Source: Candidatus Staskawiczbacteria bacterium (GTDB lineage Bacteria; Patescibacteriota; Minisyncoccia; Minisyncoccales; Staskawiczbacteraceae). Taken from it: a stretch of DNA of 64,000 nt. The stretch lies in NCBI GenBank assembly GCA_963756225.1, contig CAVWMZ010000004.1, positions 3,412-67,411 of the forward strand, given 5' to 3'. Positions 42,317-51,098 of the stretch are shown here, piece after piece; the first letter of the stretch is position 1, and every line of letters begins with the position of its first letter. Position numbers and translations under genes: made by a program. Below the pieces are notes generated by a model. The model was not told the origin of the DNA and ran no database searches. It worked only from the letters and a program-made list of their open reading frames with translations.

Positions 42317-43117
42317 CTAGAAAAGATGGAGAATATCCCTGAAGAAAATAAAGGCCATAAGCAGCAAAAACCCAAGGTCGGCTGCCGTTATGCACTTTTT
42401 CTCAAAAGGAGACTCTTCCCTTTTTTTATCAAGACCGTATTTATGTCGTATTTCTGAAACTTTTCCTCCGTCCAAAAACGAGAAAGGCATTAAATTCATC
42501 AAGGATAAGCTGACGGAAATTACACTAATATAGGCGAAAAAAGACGCGGCATTATGGACTACAGAAACTCCAAGCTTCACAATAGCGATTGGGCCACCGG
42601 TTGAATGTGTATCGCGAAATGTCAGATAAGATAGAAGACCCAATAATATAAACCGTGTGACAACGCGCGGGATGAATTTCCAGATGTAGATAACCACATA
42701 TGCTATAACAAGTGCTCGCAGCATCTCTAGGCCTATGCTGATTAAAAGACTGGAAGATAATTTATTGGCAATAATTAATGCAGTAAGGAATGTCAGCCAG
42801 AATAAATGAAGGTTGGCCTTAACGCCACCAAGACATATCGCAATTTGGTCTTTTGGTGGTAGTCGCTTTATCTTTCTACCTGCTCGCTCGGAAAACCTAA
42901 CGTATGCACCAATTAGAAGCGGATGAAAAACGATTTTAAGATTTCCCAGCCACTTTCCTGAAAGACTTATCGAAGGAACGTATGGTATTGGGATTCCTAT
43001 GCCAAATTCTTTGATATATATTCCTCTTTTTCGCATTGCTATAACGTGGCCCATCTCGTGAACCACTATGACTATAAGAAGCGCGAAGATAACAGTGATA
43101 ATTGATAACATAAACAC
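42317..43117 (-). CDS. M50-family (site-2 protease-like) membrane metalloprotease
   Basis: HEMGHV zinc motif in TM1 and NLMPFSFLDGG second motif. Confidence 0.75.
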   Translation of the reverse strand: MFMLSIITVIFALLIVIVVHEMGHVIAMRKRGIYIKEFGIGIPIPYVPSISLSGKWLGNLKIVFHPLLIGAYVRFSERAGRKIKRLPPKDQIAICLGGVKANLHLFWLTFLTALIIANKLSSSLLISIGLEMLRALVIAYVVIYIWKFIPRVVTRFILLGLLSYLTFRDTHSTGGPIAIVKLGVSVVHNAASFFAYISVISVSLSLMNLMPFSFLDGGKVSEIRHKYGLDKKREESPFEKKCITAADLGFLLLMAFIFFRDILHLF

Positions 43118-43285
43118 CTCCGGATTTGATAGTTTGAGTTTAGTAAAAGGCCGTAATTTTTTTTGTTCTATTCAGGGCTAATTACATCCTTTATCCTAAA
43201 CTCAAAACGTTTTTTAAGGTACTGTTTAATGCTTAAAATAACATATTTTTGTAGTCATGTCAATAATTAAAATTTTATATAAAAT

Positions 43286-43329
43286 AAAAAGCCCCTCACA
43301 CACATGCCCGAAGACATGTGCGGAGGGGT
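43286..43329 (-). terminator. Intrinsic terminator of the G+C-rich operon
   Basis: Long stem CCCCTC.CACACATG / CATGTG.GGAGGGG, followed by a T-run on the minus strand. Confidence 0.7.
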
Positions 43330-43356
43330 ATAAGGAGTTATGGCTGTTCTGCCTGA

Positions 43357-43863
43357 TTAGTCGCCGAAGTGGCCGGCAAGGAATTCGCTGAGACCGCCGA
43401 GGCCAAGGCCGCTGAGCGAGGGCAAGGGAATCTCGATATACTCCGGCGCCTTGGAAGGGATAATCGCGACCTTCCAGCCCTTGCGAATGCCGAGGCTCGG
43501 GTTTTCGCCTGCCAATTCCGGGAACGTTCTCCGAACCGACGACCAAAACATGTCGCGGATGGTTTGGGAGTTGTTCCTGGGGATGGCGAGCTTCTGCTCG
43601 ATGGCTCCGATCGCAGCCCGAAATTCCCGCGGGGGCGTATTCTCGAACATCTCGCGCAGTTTTTCCAGCTCTCCGATGGTTTTCGCTCCGAGCGTGGTCA
43701 GCTCATTGCTGCTTTCGATGAGCACGGCATAAAGGCCGCGCAGCTCCGGTGGCAATTCGCCGACAACCCGATCTTCCGGGCCGACTTCGGTGTCACGCAC
43801 CAGCGCGTCGTTTTTCGGTACACTATTCTTCGCTTTATCCAATATTTCTTGGATGAACTTCAT
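43357..43863 (-). CDS. Hypothetical protein (168 aa), G+C-rich
   Basis: GGAG Shine-Dalgarno, its own consensus promoter, and a downstream terminator. Overlapping plus-strand ORFs were rejected. Confidence 0.6.
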   Translation of the reverse strand: MKFIQEILDKAKNSVPKNDALVRDTEVGPEDRVVGELPPELRGLYAVLIESSNELTTLGAKTIGELEKLREMFENTPPREFRAAIGAIEQKLAIPRNNSQTIRDMFWSSVRRTFPELAGENPSLGIRKGWKVAIIPSKAPEYIEIPLPSLSGLGLGGLSEFLAGHFGD

Positions 43864-43945
43864 GGTTTTCTCCTATTTTGCGGCTCGCCCGTTTCCCTGC
43901 AATAGCGCAGAGTTAGGGCGTGCCTATGTTGTGTGCTATCTAACA

Positions 43946-43973
43946 ATTATACACGAAATGCATTTTATGTCAA
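43946..43973 (-). promoter_or_regulatory. Sigma70-type promoter
   Basis: On the minus strand: TTGACA (43973-43968), 16 nt, TATAAT (43951-43946). Confidence 0.65.
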
Positions 43974-44038
43974 TATTTAACGGGTAATTAAAAAGCCCGT
44001 TGATGTTTCCATCGCGGGGCACAGGCTGAACGGAAATA

Positions 44039-44231
44039 TTATTCTGAAGGTTGCAGGGTATTTTGCGGCAGATTCCTCTCTGCTGCACGACGTTCGCTCT
44101 TTTCGCGATAAATATGACAAGCGGTGTAGATTTCTGAGCACGGTTTTGACTTCTCGCATAGCGCATTCAGGAATTCGCCGTTTCTGCAGTCATTTGAAAA
44201 ATGGACAGGCACTTTTCATATATAGTTCCAT
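44039..44231 (-). pseudogene. Cys/His-rich small protein, paralogue 2 (one frameshift in a T5 run as sequenced)
   Basis: GGAGA Shine-Dalgarno. The restored sequence is MELYMKSACPFSNDCRNGEFLNALCEKSKPCSEIYTACHIYREKS... It shares the pattern CP-x4-C-x9-C-x4-PC-x3-Y-x2-CH-x-Y-x-EK with the upstream gene. Confidence 0.45.
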
Positions 44232-44256
44232 TTGGTTCTCCTATTGGTTAGTTTCT

Positions 44257-44505
44257 TTATCGACGCAATGCCTTCAACATATTGGTAAAGACGGCAAATA
44301 AATTAACCCGCGCAACAGGGGCGCTTTCAGCAGCAAGACCGTTGCATTTAGGTTGCAAGGGCTTTGGCGCAGCAGCTTCCTTCTCTAGATAATAATGGCA
44401 GCGGTCATAACACGTGTCGCAAGGACGACTTGCGGGGCAACACGCCATCACTGCAGCAGAATGCGAACAACTTTTCTTATGTGGGCAATGACCAAAGGTA
44501 GTCAT
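44257..44505 (-). CDS. Cys/His-rich small protein, paralogue 1 (82 aa)
   Basis: AAGGAGG Shine-Dalgarno. HCPHKKSCSHSAAVMACCPASRPCDTCYDRCHYYLEKE. Confidence 0.65.
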   Translation of the reverse strand: MTTFGHCPHKKSCSHSAAVMACCPASRPCDTCYDRCHYYLEKEAAAPKPLQPKCNGLAAESAPVARVNLFAVFTNMLKALRR

Positions 44506-44551
44506 GACGCACCTCCTTCAGGTTTTCTGGTTTTCAATGAGCAATAAACAA

Positions 44552-44577
44552 CAAAAAATCCCCTAGTTCTTAGGAGA
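44552..44577 (-). terminator. Leader (attenuator-like) terminator between the GAF-ANTAR gene and the Cys-rich operon
   Basis: Minus-strand RNA CUCCUA-AGAAC-UAGGGG followed by AUUUUUUG. It lies about 45 nt upstream of the 44505 ATG and downstream of the promoter. Confidence 0.55.
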
Positions 44578-44627
44578 CAACTTTGTCGCTTGGGGGGGAG
44601 ACACATCATTGTGCCAACCTTTAATCT

Positions 44628-44655
44628 ATTATATTCTTTCAAGACATCGTGTCAA
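44628..44655 (-). promoter_or_regulatory. Sigma70-type promoter of the Cys-rich operon
   Basis: On the minus strand: TTGACA (44655-44650, overlapping the ANTAR gene stop), 16 nt, TATAAT (44633-44628). Confidence 0.65.
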
Positions 44656-45372
44656 GCCACTCCCTTCTTTAGCTCATCAGAAATTAAAATTGCATCGGCG
44701 ACCTCTTTCATGGAGATTCTTTTATTCATGCTTTTTTTATTTAAAAGCTTATAAGCGTCTTCTTCGGAAATAGACAGCTCTTTCATCAAAATACCTTTTG
44801 CTTTTTTCGATTGCTTTTCTGGTTTCCAACGCTTCTCTTAATTCATGACTCTCTGTAAAAAGCCTTGCATTTTCGATAGCACCTCCAATTGCCTTGGCAA
44901 TAGTTTCAAAAAGTTTTATTTGGCTGTCAAAATATTTTTGGGACTTCTTGTGTTGGACATTGATAACTCCCAGGGTCGCTTTTTTATATATTACCGGAAC
45001 CGACAGAAATGCCTCATAGGAATCTTCCGGCAAATTATTAAACAACTTGAAACGTTCATCGTCATAAGCTTTTTTAGAGACAATAACAGTCTTCTTATTT
45101 TTAGCTACCCAACCAGTAATTCCCTCCCCCAGTTTTAACCTAATATTTCCAATAATTCCGGGATGAGCATTCTGTGATGCGCGCAGAACAATATTCTTCC
45201 CATCAATTAAATACAAAAAACAAGAATCAGCTTTCGTTAGCTCTCCAACAATATTTATAATTTTTGACAAAACTTCTTCTAAATTCAGGTCGTAACTTAT
45301 TGTATCTATGATTGTATGCAAAATCGCCAATTCTGAACCATCTTTGCCATTTTTATTTTCTCTTTTAGGCAT
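44652..45372 (-). pseudogene. GAF-ANTAR RNA-binding antiterminator-type regulator, one frameshift (extra A in A6 run 44802-44807)
   Basis: GAF domain in the track ORF. Removing one A restores the ANTAR domain IEKAKGILMKELSISEEDAYKLLNKKSMNKRISMKEVADAIL. Confidence 0.75.
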
Positions 45373-45402
45373 AATTAATTTAAATTATTGGTATTCTGTA
45401 TA

Positions 45403-45883
45403 CTATACAATGTGTATATTTTGTAAATTGAAATCAGAAATTACATCTTTAGCATGATCAGCGGGTTTTACATCTTCATATATTTTATCTATTTTGCCTT
45501 TAGGGTTTATAAGAAAAGATGTTCTTTTTATTCCTTCATATTCTCTGCCCATAAATTTCTTCTTGCCCCAAACACCATACATTTTCACAACTTTTTTATT
45601 TTCGTCAGATAATAAAGGAAATGGTAGCTTATATTTTACTGAAAACTTTTCATGAGATTCTATAGAATCTGAGCTCACCCCCAAAACAATCAATTTTAAT
45701 TTTTTAAAGACAGAAATATTATCCTCTTATTTCACAGGCTTCTTTTGTACATCCTGGCGTATCGTCTTTTGGATAGAAATATAACAAAACCGAGCTTCCC
45801 AAATAAGAAGACAAAATATGCTCCTTTCCTTCTTGGTCTTTTAATTTGAAATCTGGGGCACTATCCCCTACTTTTAATTTCAT
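45403..45883 (-). pseudogene. bcp: Bcp-type peroxiredoxin (thiol peroxidase), one frameshift as sequenced
   Basis: N-terminal APDFKLKDQEGKE..YFYPKDDTPGCTKEAC. It then continues into track ORF 45403-45693 after a shift near 45720. Confidence 0.8.
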
Positions 45884-45944
45884 ATAATTATTATATTATA
45901 TCGTTTAAATAAAAACAGGCTTTTAACCTGTAATCAATAGTTTT

Positions 45945-46094
45945 TTATTTGACTGTCTCTTCTCCCTCAGTTAACACCCATTTTAACATTCGCAACTCTG
46001 AGTGTAAAATCAACCTTTCATCTAAGCCGTCGGCTAAACCATCTTCTTGAAATACCTCTTGGTATTTCCTTTTTATTTCTTCTTCTGTTTTCAT
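45945..46094 (-). CDS. Hypothetical small acidic protein (49 aa)
   Basis: ORF only. Confidence 0.3.
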   Translation of the reverse strand: MKTEEEIKRKYQEVFQEDGLADGLDERLILHSELRMLKWVLTEGEETVK

Positions 46095-46236
46095 AATTTT
46101 TTAATTTTAATTATATTTACTAGTAATCATTACTGTTTATTTATCATAGTTCTTACAAAGCCGAATGTCAATATATAAATTAAAAACCACCTTAGTCAGA
46201 AGATGGTTTTATCTTATAAGCAAGATACGCTGTTTT

Positions 46237-46461
46237 TTAGGATTGTCTTTTATGTTTCCAAATTTTAAAAATAATAAAGGTTGGTATTCCTAACACTATT
46301 AAAATGCTCAATAATAAAATTCCGTTTATTTCTAAAAATGTTGGTAACGTTGATAAATCCGGGACGCCCCCGATTAAAACCGTATAGATGTTAACAAGGG
46401 CAAATATAACAAAAGAAAATGCTAACCACGAAGTTAAAACTATTTTTTGAGACGTATTCAT
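46237..46461 (-). CDS. Hypothetical membrane protein (2 TM)
   Basis: Two hydrophobic helices. Confidence 0.45.
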   Translation of the reverse strand: MNTSQKIVLTSWLAFSFVIFALVNIYTVLIGGVPDLSTLPTFLEINGILLLSILIVLGIPTFIIFKIWKHKRQS

Positions 46462-46585
46462 ATATTTAATATTTAATGATGATAATTAAATTTACTACTT
46501 TTCTAATAAATATTCAATTATAAATAAAAAGCCCGAGAAGTATTGTAACTCTCGGGTATAGTTAATCTTTTATATTTTTGTTGCG

Positions 46586-47557
46586 CTAAGCAACAACTTT
46601 TCTTGCATATTGAAAATACTCTTCAAACAAACGGCGAAGCATGGTTTTTGCCTCCTTGGATGTTAAGCCTATCGGCCCGCTTTTCCAAAAAACAAAACGT
46701 GAATGTCCAGAATTACGAGTAAGCCATTTGGCTGATTGGTTAATTGCGTTATTTAACGCAGTATCACTTTCTCCGCCCCTTGGAGCATCGAATACCGATG
46801 ACGCCAGATTCATTGCGAAGTCAGAAGTAGCAACATCGCCAACGACACCGGCAAGAGCAATGATGACGTAATCGGGAAAATCCATTTTTGTGGCCCAGGC
46901 AACAATTTTTAATAGCGCACCTTCAATACTGCTCATCCCCAGGCATTCGCGCGGCAAGTTACAACTCTCGCCATAAGAAATAAGCAAATCCTCGAATTTA
47001 GCAATTGTTTCATTCTGCGCCCTTCTCCTGGTATCGACCACGTGTGGGTGTTCAATCCCAGCATCAACAAATTCTTGGCGCCACTTAATCGTTCCGGCAC
47101 GCACTTCGTCAGTGATTTCACAAATATTAGGTTTTAATTGACCTGACTGGTTGTCAAGGATCGCCCTAATTATTTCCTCGGGCACTAGAAGAATCATTAT
47201 CCCGTCGTACACCGTCTGCCCAATTTTTTCAATTATCGGATCGATATATTGTTTCTTATCAGATTCGCGCGGATTGCGTCCGCCGGTATAATAGGCATTG
47301 CACAAAGTTCCAAAACCGATAGTATCCAGGTGTCTAAGAACCTCTGTGCCCCGCCACGCGGTTATCAGATTGCGAGGAATTACTGGACCCCAAACTGTTC
47401 CGTTGCCGCTCTCGTTGAAGACGCCAATGCCACAATGCGACTCCGAGTTGATTATCACGGGAGTACAAACAATAGAACCATTTCCCAGATCCCAAACGCG
47501 TGCTGTGAACGGCTGATTCTTAAACGGAATTATTGGATTATCCGATTCTTTGTCCAT
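46586..47557 (-). CDS. Hypothetical protein (323 aa), G+C-rich, no recognisable family
   Basis: Long intact ORF. AAGGAAA lies upstream and the terminator hairpin CCCGAGA/TCTCGGG lies downstream (46536-46560). Confidence 0.6.
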   Translation of the reverse strand: MDKESDNPIIPFKNQPFTARVWDLGNGSIVCTPVIINSESHCGIGVFNESGNGTVWGPVIPRNLITAWRGTEVLRHLDTIGFGTLCNAYYTGGRNPRESDKKQYIDPIIEKIGQTVYDGIMILLVPEEIIRAILDNQSGQLKPNICEITDEVRAGTIKWRQEFVDAGIEHPHVVDTRRRAQNETIAKFEDLLISYGESCNLPRECLGMSSIEGALLKIVAWATKMDFPDYVIIALAGVVGDVATSDFAMNLASSVFDAPRGGESDTALNNAINQSAKWLTRNSGHSRFVFWKSGPIGLTSKEAKTMLRRLFEEYFQYARKVVA

Positions 47558-47567
47558 ATTTTTCCTT

Positions 47568-47801
47568 TCAGTTTCCGTAATGTACGGGTTTGTCCTTTAA
47601 TGTTATTTCAATCTGACGATTCGCCTCCGTAACAACAGTATCCCAACTTACCGGTTTCCCATCAAGTTTTTTATCGTATCTGCTTAACGTATAGGCGCTT
47701 CCAGAACCAAAAGCTCAATTAATTAAATCCGTGACAGTTGCCTGATCGCTCAAATCTATTGTTCTAACTCCATCTGGGACCACAATGTCGATTTTCTTCA
47801 T
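47568..47801 (-). pseudogene. Small ORF (77 codons) with an in-frame TGA at 47715-47717
   Basis: AGGAGG Shine-Dalgarno 6 nt before the ATG. MKKIDIVVPDGVRTIDLSDQATVTDLIN-TGA-AFGSGSAYTLSRYDKKLDGKPVSWDTVVTEANRQIEITLKDKPVHYGN. It stops 10 nt before the 323-aa gene. Confidence 0.45.
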
Positions 47802-47853
47802 TTGATGCCTCCTATATTTAGACCTCATCGGGTCGTTATCAAAGTGCAGTGTA

Positions 47854-47882
47854 AATATAAACGTATTAATCATTTTTGTCAA
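47854..47882 (-). promoter_or_regulatory. Sigma70-type promoter
   Basis: On the minus strand: TTGACA (47882-47877), 17 nt, TATATT (47859-47854). Confidence 0.55.
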
Positions 47883-47911
47883 TTAAAGTTTATGCATCTT
47901 TTATATATTAA

Positions 47912-47924
47912 ATTGTCGCACAAT
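47912..47924 (-). repeat. Intergenic motif copy 6: ATTGTGCGACAAT
   Basis: Exact core on the minus strand, between the terminator of secreted paralogue 1 and the next promoter. Confidence 0.9.
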
Positions 47925-47997
47925 CAATATTCCAACAAATAAAAATCCCCGCCGTTAATTAAACTGACGCGGGGTTTGCTTCTTCGATATATACTCA

Positions 47998-48746
47998 CTA
48001 TTTCTTTACTGCCGCCACTGCGACCAAAACTTTTTCCCATTGCCAATCGGCCTGCAGAAGATCGACGTAACCGCCGGTGTAGGGCATAACATTTTTCCCG
48101 GAACTATTATTAAAATCAACCGTGAAGTAATACGTCTTTCCGTTTAATTGAGCGGTGCTTCCATAGACGTTCACGTCCATGTCCACGCAAATCTTAGATC
48201 GAACAGATAGCGCTTCGGCCAGCGTTGCTGGCCTATAGCCAGCCGTGTCTAACATCTTAATTAATGCCTCCGGGCTCACTTTTTTCAATAAAGTTATTCC
48301 ATTGGCTTTCGGGCGGAATATGGTCAAAATCAATCTTAAGGACGGATACCTCGGTTTCCGCGCTAGATTGTATTGGCACCGAAGCGATTTCCGCACCATC
48401 TGGAAAGTTAACATCCTTCATTAGCTCAACGCCGTCAGAAGATAGTCCACGTACCGCGGCCATAACCTTAAAAATGTGGCCGACTGTTTCGATCTTAATC
48501 TCCGAATCATGTTTAATCAATGGAACCTCAGTATTAAGCTTACGACCCATCATAACCTCAAAATTGCTCTCATTTGCTGAAGCAATATTTTTTGAATTGC
48601 CGTCAACTGAAACAGTGTCATGTGCTCGCGCATGTTCGAGACGATACGACTTTAAGTATATGGGCATGCTTCATTGTAGAAGTACGTCTCGCCAATCCTG
48701 TCGAGATGGGCATTACTAGAAGCAATACGGCAAAAACTAATTTCAT
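47998..48746 (-). pseudogene. Secreted protein, paralogue 1 (two frameshifts as sequenced)
   Basis: GGAGGAG Shine-Dalgarno and signal peptide MKLVFAVLLLVMPISTGLA. The middle frame is 48257-48667. The C-terminal frame carries AGYRPATLAEALSVRSK...YYFTVDF...ADWQWEK. Confidence 0.6.
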
Positions 48747-48787
48747 AACTCCTCCTGGTCTATTGTTTTAATCTGAAAAAGCTGTTA

Positions 48788-48843
48788 TTTGGTTGCATAT
48801 ATCTTTCAATATTTTTTAGTATTAAAAGATATATGCAACCAAA
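48788..48843. promoter_or_regulatory. Perfect 19-bp inverted repeat in the leader of paralogue 1
   Basis: TTTGGTTGCATATATCTTT (48788-48806) and AAAGATATATGCAACCAAA (48825-48843), separated by an 18-nt spacer. It lies downstream of the promoter and upstream of the Shine-Dalgarno. Confidence 0.85.
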
Positions 48844-48875
48844 GATCTCAAAACTTTTAAATGTGCTATATTTTG

Positions 48876-48904
48876 ATTATGCAATATATATAGAATTAAG
48901 TCAA
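48876..48904 (-). promoter_or_regulatory. Sigma70-type promoter of paralogue 1
   Basis: On the minus strand: TTGACT, 17 nt, CATAAT. Confidence 0.6.
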
Positions 48905-49016
48905 TGAAGAAGAGACCAGGTGCTGATCAGCGAAAAAGCATTATAAATCTCAAATAAAAAGCCCCGCCGTTAATTAAACTGACGCGGGGACTTGCTGTTT
49001 TTTGAGACTGGCTCAA

Positions 49017-49593
49017 TTATTTCTTTACGGCCGCTATGGCCACGATGGACCGTTCCCACTTCCAGTCGGCCTTGAACAGGCCGACCTTTCCGCCGACGTA
49101 AGGTATCATGTCCTCACCGGGACGACAATTATAGTCGAGCATGAAGTAATAGGTCTGCCCATCAAGTTCTGCCCGACTTCCATACACGCTTATAGACAGG
49201 ATTGTGCTCAACTTATTCCTTACCGAGAGCGTCTCGGTTATCGTGGCAGGCCTATAGCCGGCTTTGTTGAGCTCACCGATCAGGCCTTCGGCGCCGATCG
49301 GCTCGTTGAAGCTTATCGATGCGCTTCTCAAGCGGAACGTTACCGAAATCGAATTTCAGAATCTGAACCTCGATTTTTGACATCCAGGCCGGTGGCGTCA
49401 ATACCGTCTTTACGCTTTTCGGGATTTTCACCCCGCGAAAGGACTTAATTCCATCGGCGGGATCGCCCACTGCTGACGCGACGACGGTGAACGTGGGTGT
49501 GGCGTTTGTGGTCTGTTCGATACCCGCGTTTTTTTGCGCTTCAAGCATTAAAGTTAATGCGACGAGCAGCAACATGCTAATTATCTGTTTCAT
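49017..49593 (-). pseudogene. Secreted protein, paralogue 2 (one frameshift as sequenced)
   Basis: Signal peptide MKQIISMLLLVALTLMLEA. The C-terminal AGYRPATITETLSVRNK...YYFMLDY...ADWKWER aligns with paralogue 1. Confidence 0.6.
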
Positions 49594-49636
49594 TTCTATC
49601 CTCCTGTTTGTTTTGTTTTATAATATGCAGCCAATA

Positions 49637-49691
49637 TTTGGTTGCAAGTATCTTTTAATAATTTAGGTATTAGAAAATATTTGCAACCAAA
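49637..49691. promoter_or_regulatory. Imperfect inverted repeat in the leader of paralogue 2
   Basis: TTGGTTGCAAGTATCTTTT ... AAAATATTTGCAACCAA. It has the same TTGGTTGCA core and the same position as in paralogue 1. Confidence 0.75.
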
Positions 49692-49721
49692 ATATCATAA
49701 TTTATCAAAGTACAATTTATA

Positions 49722-49750
49722 ATTATATCATACATATTAAATTAAGTCAA
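49722..49750 (-). promoter_or_regulatory. Sigma70-type promoter of paralogue 2
   Basis: On the minus strand: TTGACT, 17 nt, TATAAT. Confidence 0.65.
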
Positions 49751-49815
49751 TAGAGAGACGCCGCCACTCAAACACTAAAAAGCCGCCTGATAAAGGGCGG
49801 CTTAAAAAACTATTT

Positions 49816-50865
49816 TTAAATTTTAACTATTTTCTCCCAAGGAAGATCACCCTTTCCAAAATGTCCATAAGCAGCAGTTTTTAAATAGATTGGATTTTTC
49901 AAATTAAGAGTTTCTATTATTGATTTAGGCTTGAAATCAAATTTACTTATTATCTCATCTAAACTTTTTCCATTTTCATCAATTGCAGAGACCATTAAAG
50001 GGTCAGCCATTCCAATCGCATAAGCTACAGAAACCAAGCATTCTTTTGCATACCCATTAGCTACAATATTTTTTGCAGCAAACCTAGCCATATAAGCAGC
50101 TGACCTGTCTACTTTGCTTGGATCTTTTCCTGAAAAACATCCGCCGCCATGAAATATTAATCCGCAATAGGTATCCACCATTATTTTTCTGCCAGTTAAT
50201 CCCGTATCTGCTTCAAATCCGCCCTGCACAAATTTACCGGTTGGATTTACAAAAATTTCCACGCCATCAATATCTCCTAGAATAGGCCTTATTAATTTTT
50301 CGATTAAAATATTTTTTATTTCTTCTTGTAAAATTTCTGCATCATGCTGAGTGCTTACTAAAACATTTTTAATTTTACCGTTTTGCATTACTATTTGCGT
50401 TTTCCCATCTGGCTTTAACCATTTAATTTCACCTCTTTCTCTTAAATCCTGTAACCCTTTTGCTAATGCATGAACTTTCACTACAGCCCACGGTAAAAAT
50501 TCTGGCGTTTCATTTGTTGCGTATCCATACATAATTCCCTGATCCCCCGCTCCGCCGACATTAACGCCCATGGCTATGTCTGGAGACTGTTCAACAATAT
50601 TAATTAAATATTTTAATTCTTGATCATATCCAATATTTTTATAAACTTTTTCTGCAACCTCCTGATAGTTAACTTTGGCTAGTGTTGTGACTTCCCCGCC
50701 CACAACAACGAGCCCATGTCCCCCAAACGATTCTACTGCCACCCTTGAATTTTGATCTTGTTTTAAACACTCATCTAAAATTGCATCTGAAATTTGATCG
50801 CAAACTTTATCTGGATGCCCCGATGTGACACTTTCTACTGCATATGTTTTTTGATTTATTATCAT
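49816..50865 (-). CDS. metK: S-adenosylmethionine synthetase
   Basis: GHPDKVCDQISD, GAGDQGIMYGYA and GGGCFSGKDPSKVDRS motifs. The start was moved to MIINQKT because the track ORF's 5' extension overlaps the riboswitch terminator. Confidence 0.9.
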   Translation of the reverse strand: MIINQKTYAVESVTSGHPDKVCDQISDAILDECLKQDQNSRVAVESFGGHGLVVVGGEVTTLAKVNYQEVAEKVYKNIGYDQELKYLINIVEQSPDIAMGVNVGGAGDQGIMYGYATNETPEFLPWAVVKVHALAKGLQDLRERGEIKWLKPDGKTQIVMQNGKIKNVLVSTQHDAEILQEEIKNILIEKLIRPILGDIDGVEIFVNPTGKFVQGGFEADTGLTGRKIMVDTYCGLIFHGGGCFSGKDPSKVDRSAAYMARFAAKNIVANGYAKECLVSVAYAIGMADPLMVSAIDENGKSLDEIISKFDFKPKSIIETLNLKNPIYLKTAAYGHFGKGDLPWEKIVKI

Positions 50866-50955
50866 AATGATATTTTTTGCATAAGCATCCTGGCAAATAA
50901 AACTTTTCGACACGAAAAGTTTTAGTATTTGGCAGAAAATTACATTTAATATTTT

Positions 50956-50982
50956 TAAAAAAAATCTTCCCGACAAGGAAGC
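50956..50982 (-). terminator. Expression-platform terminator of the SAM riboswitch
   Basis: CUUCC/GGAAG stem followed by U8 on the minus strand. The stem is short. Confidence 0.5.
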
Positions 50983-50985
50983 ATG

Positions 50986-51098
50986 ACCCTTATCTTCCCC
51001 ATTAGGGGTTTGGATTTAGCACCTTTATTGAGGAGTCGCCCCAAAAGGTTGCTGGACGGGTCGCAGAGCCAATTCTCTCACCGCCACTCTTGATAAAT
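50986..51098 (-). ncRNA. SAM-I (S-box) riboswitch
   Basis: Minus strand reads UUAUCAAGAGUGGCGGUGAGAGAAUUGGCUC..GACCCGUCCAGCAACC...AAGGUGCUAAAUCC...GAAGAUAAGGG. This matches the conserved S-box core and P1 (CUUAUC/GAUAAG). Confidence 0.85.

Noticed and set aside
43226-43987. Overlapping ORFs 43226-43546(-), 43369-43905(+), 43451-43732(+) and 43790-43987(+)
   Set aside because: These are open frames in G+C-rich DNA. Only 43357-43863(-) has a Shine-Dalgarno, a consensus promoter and a downstream terminator.
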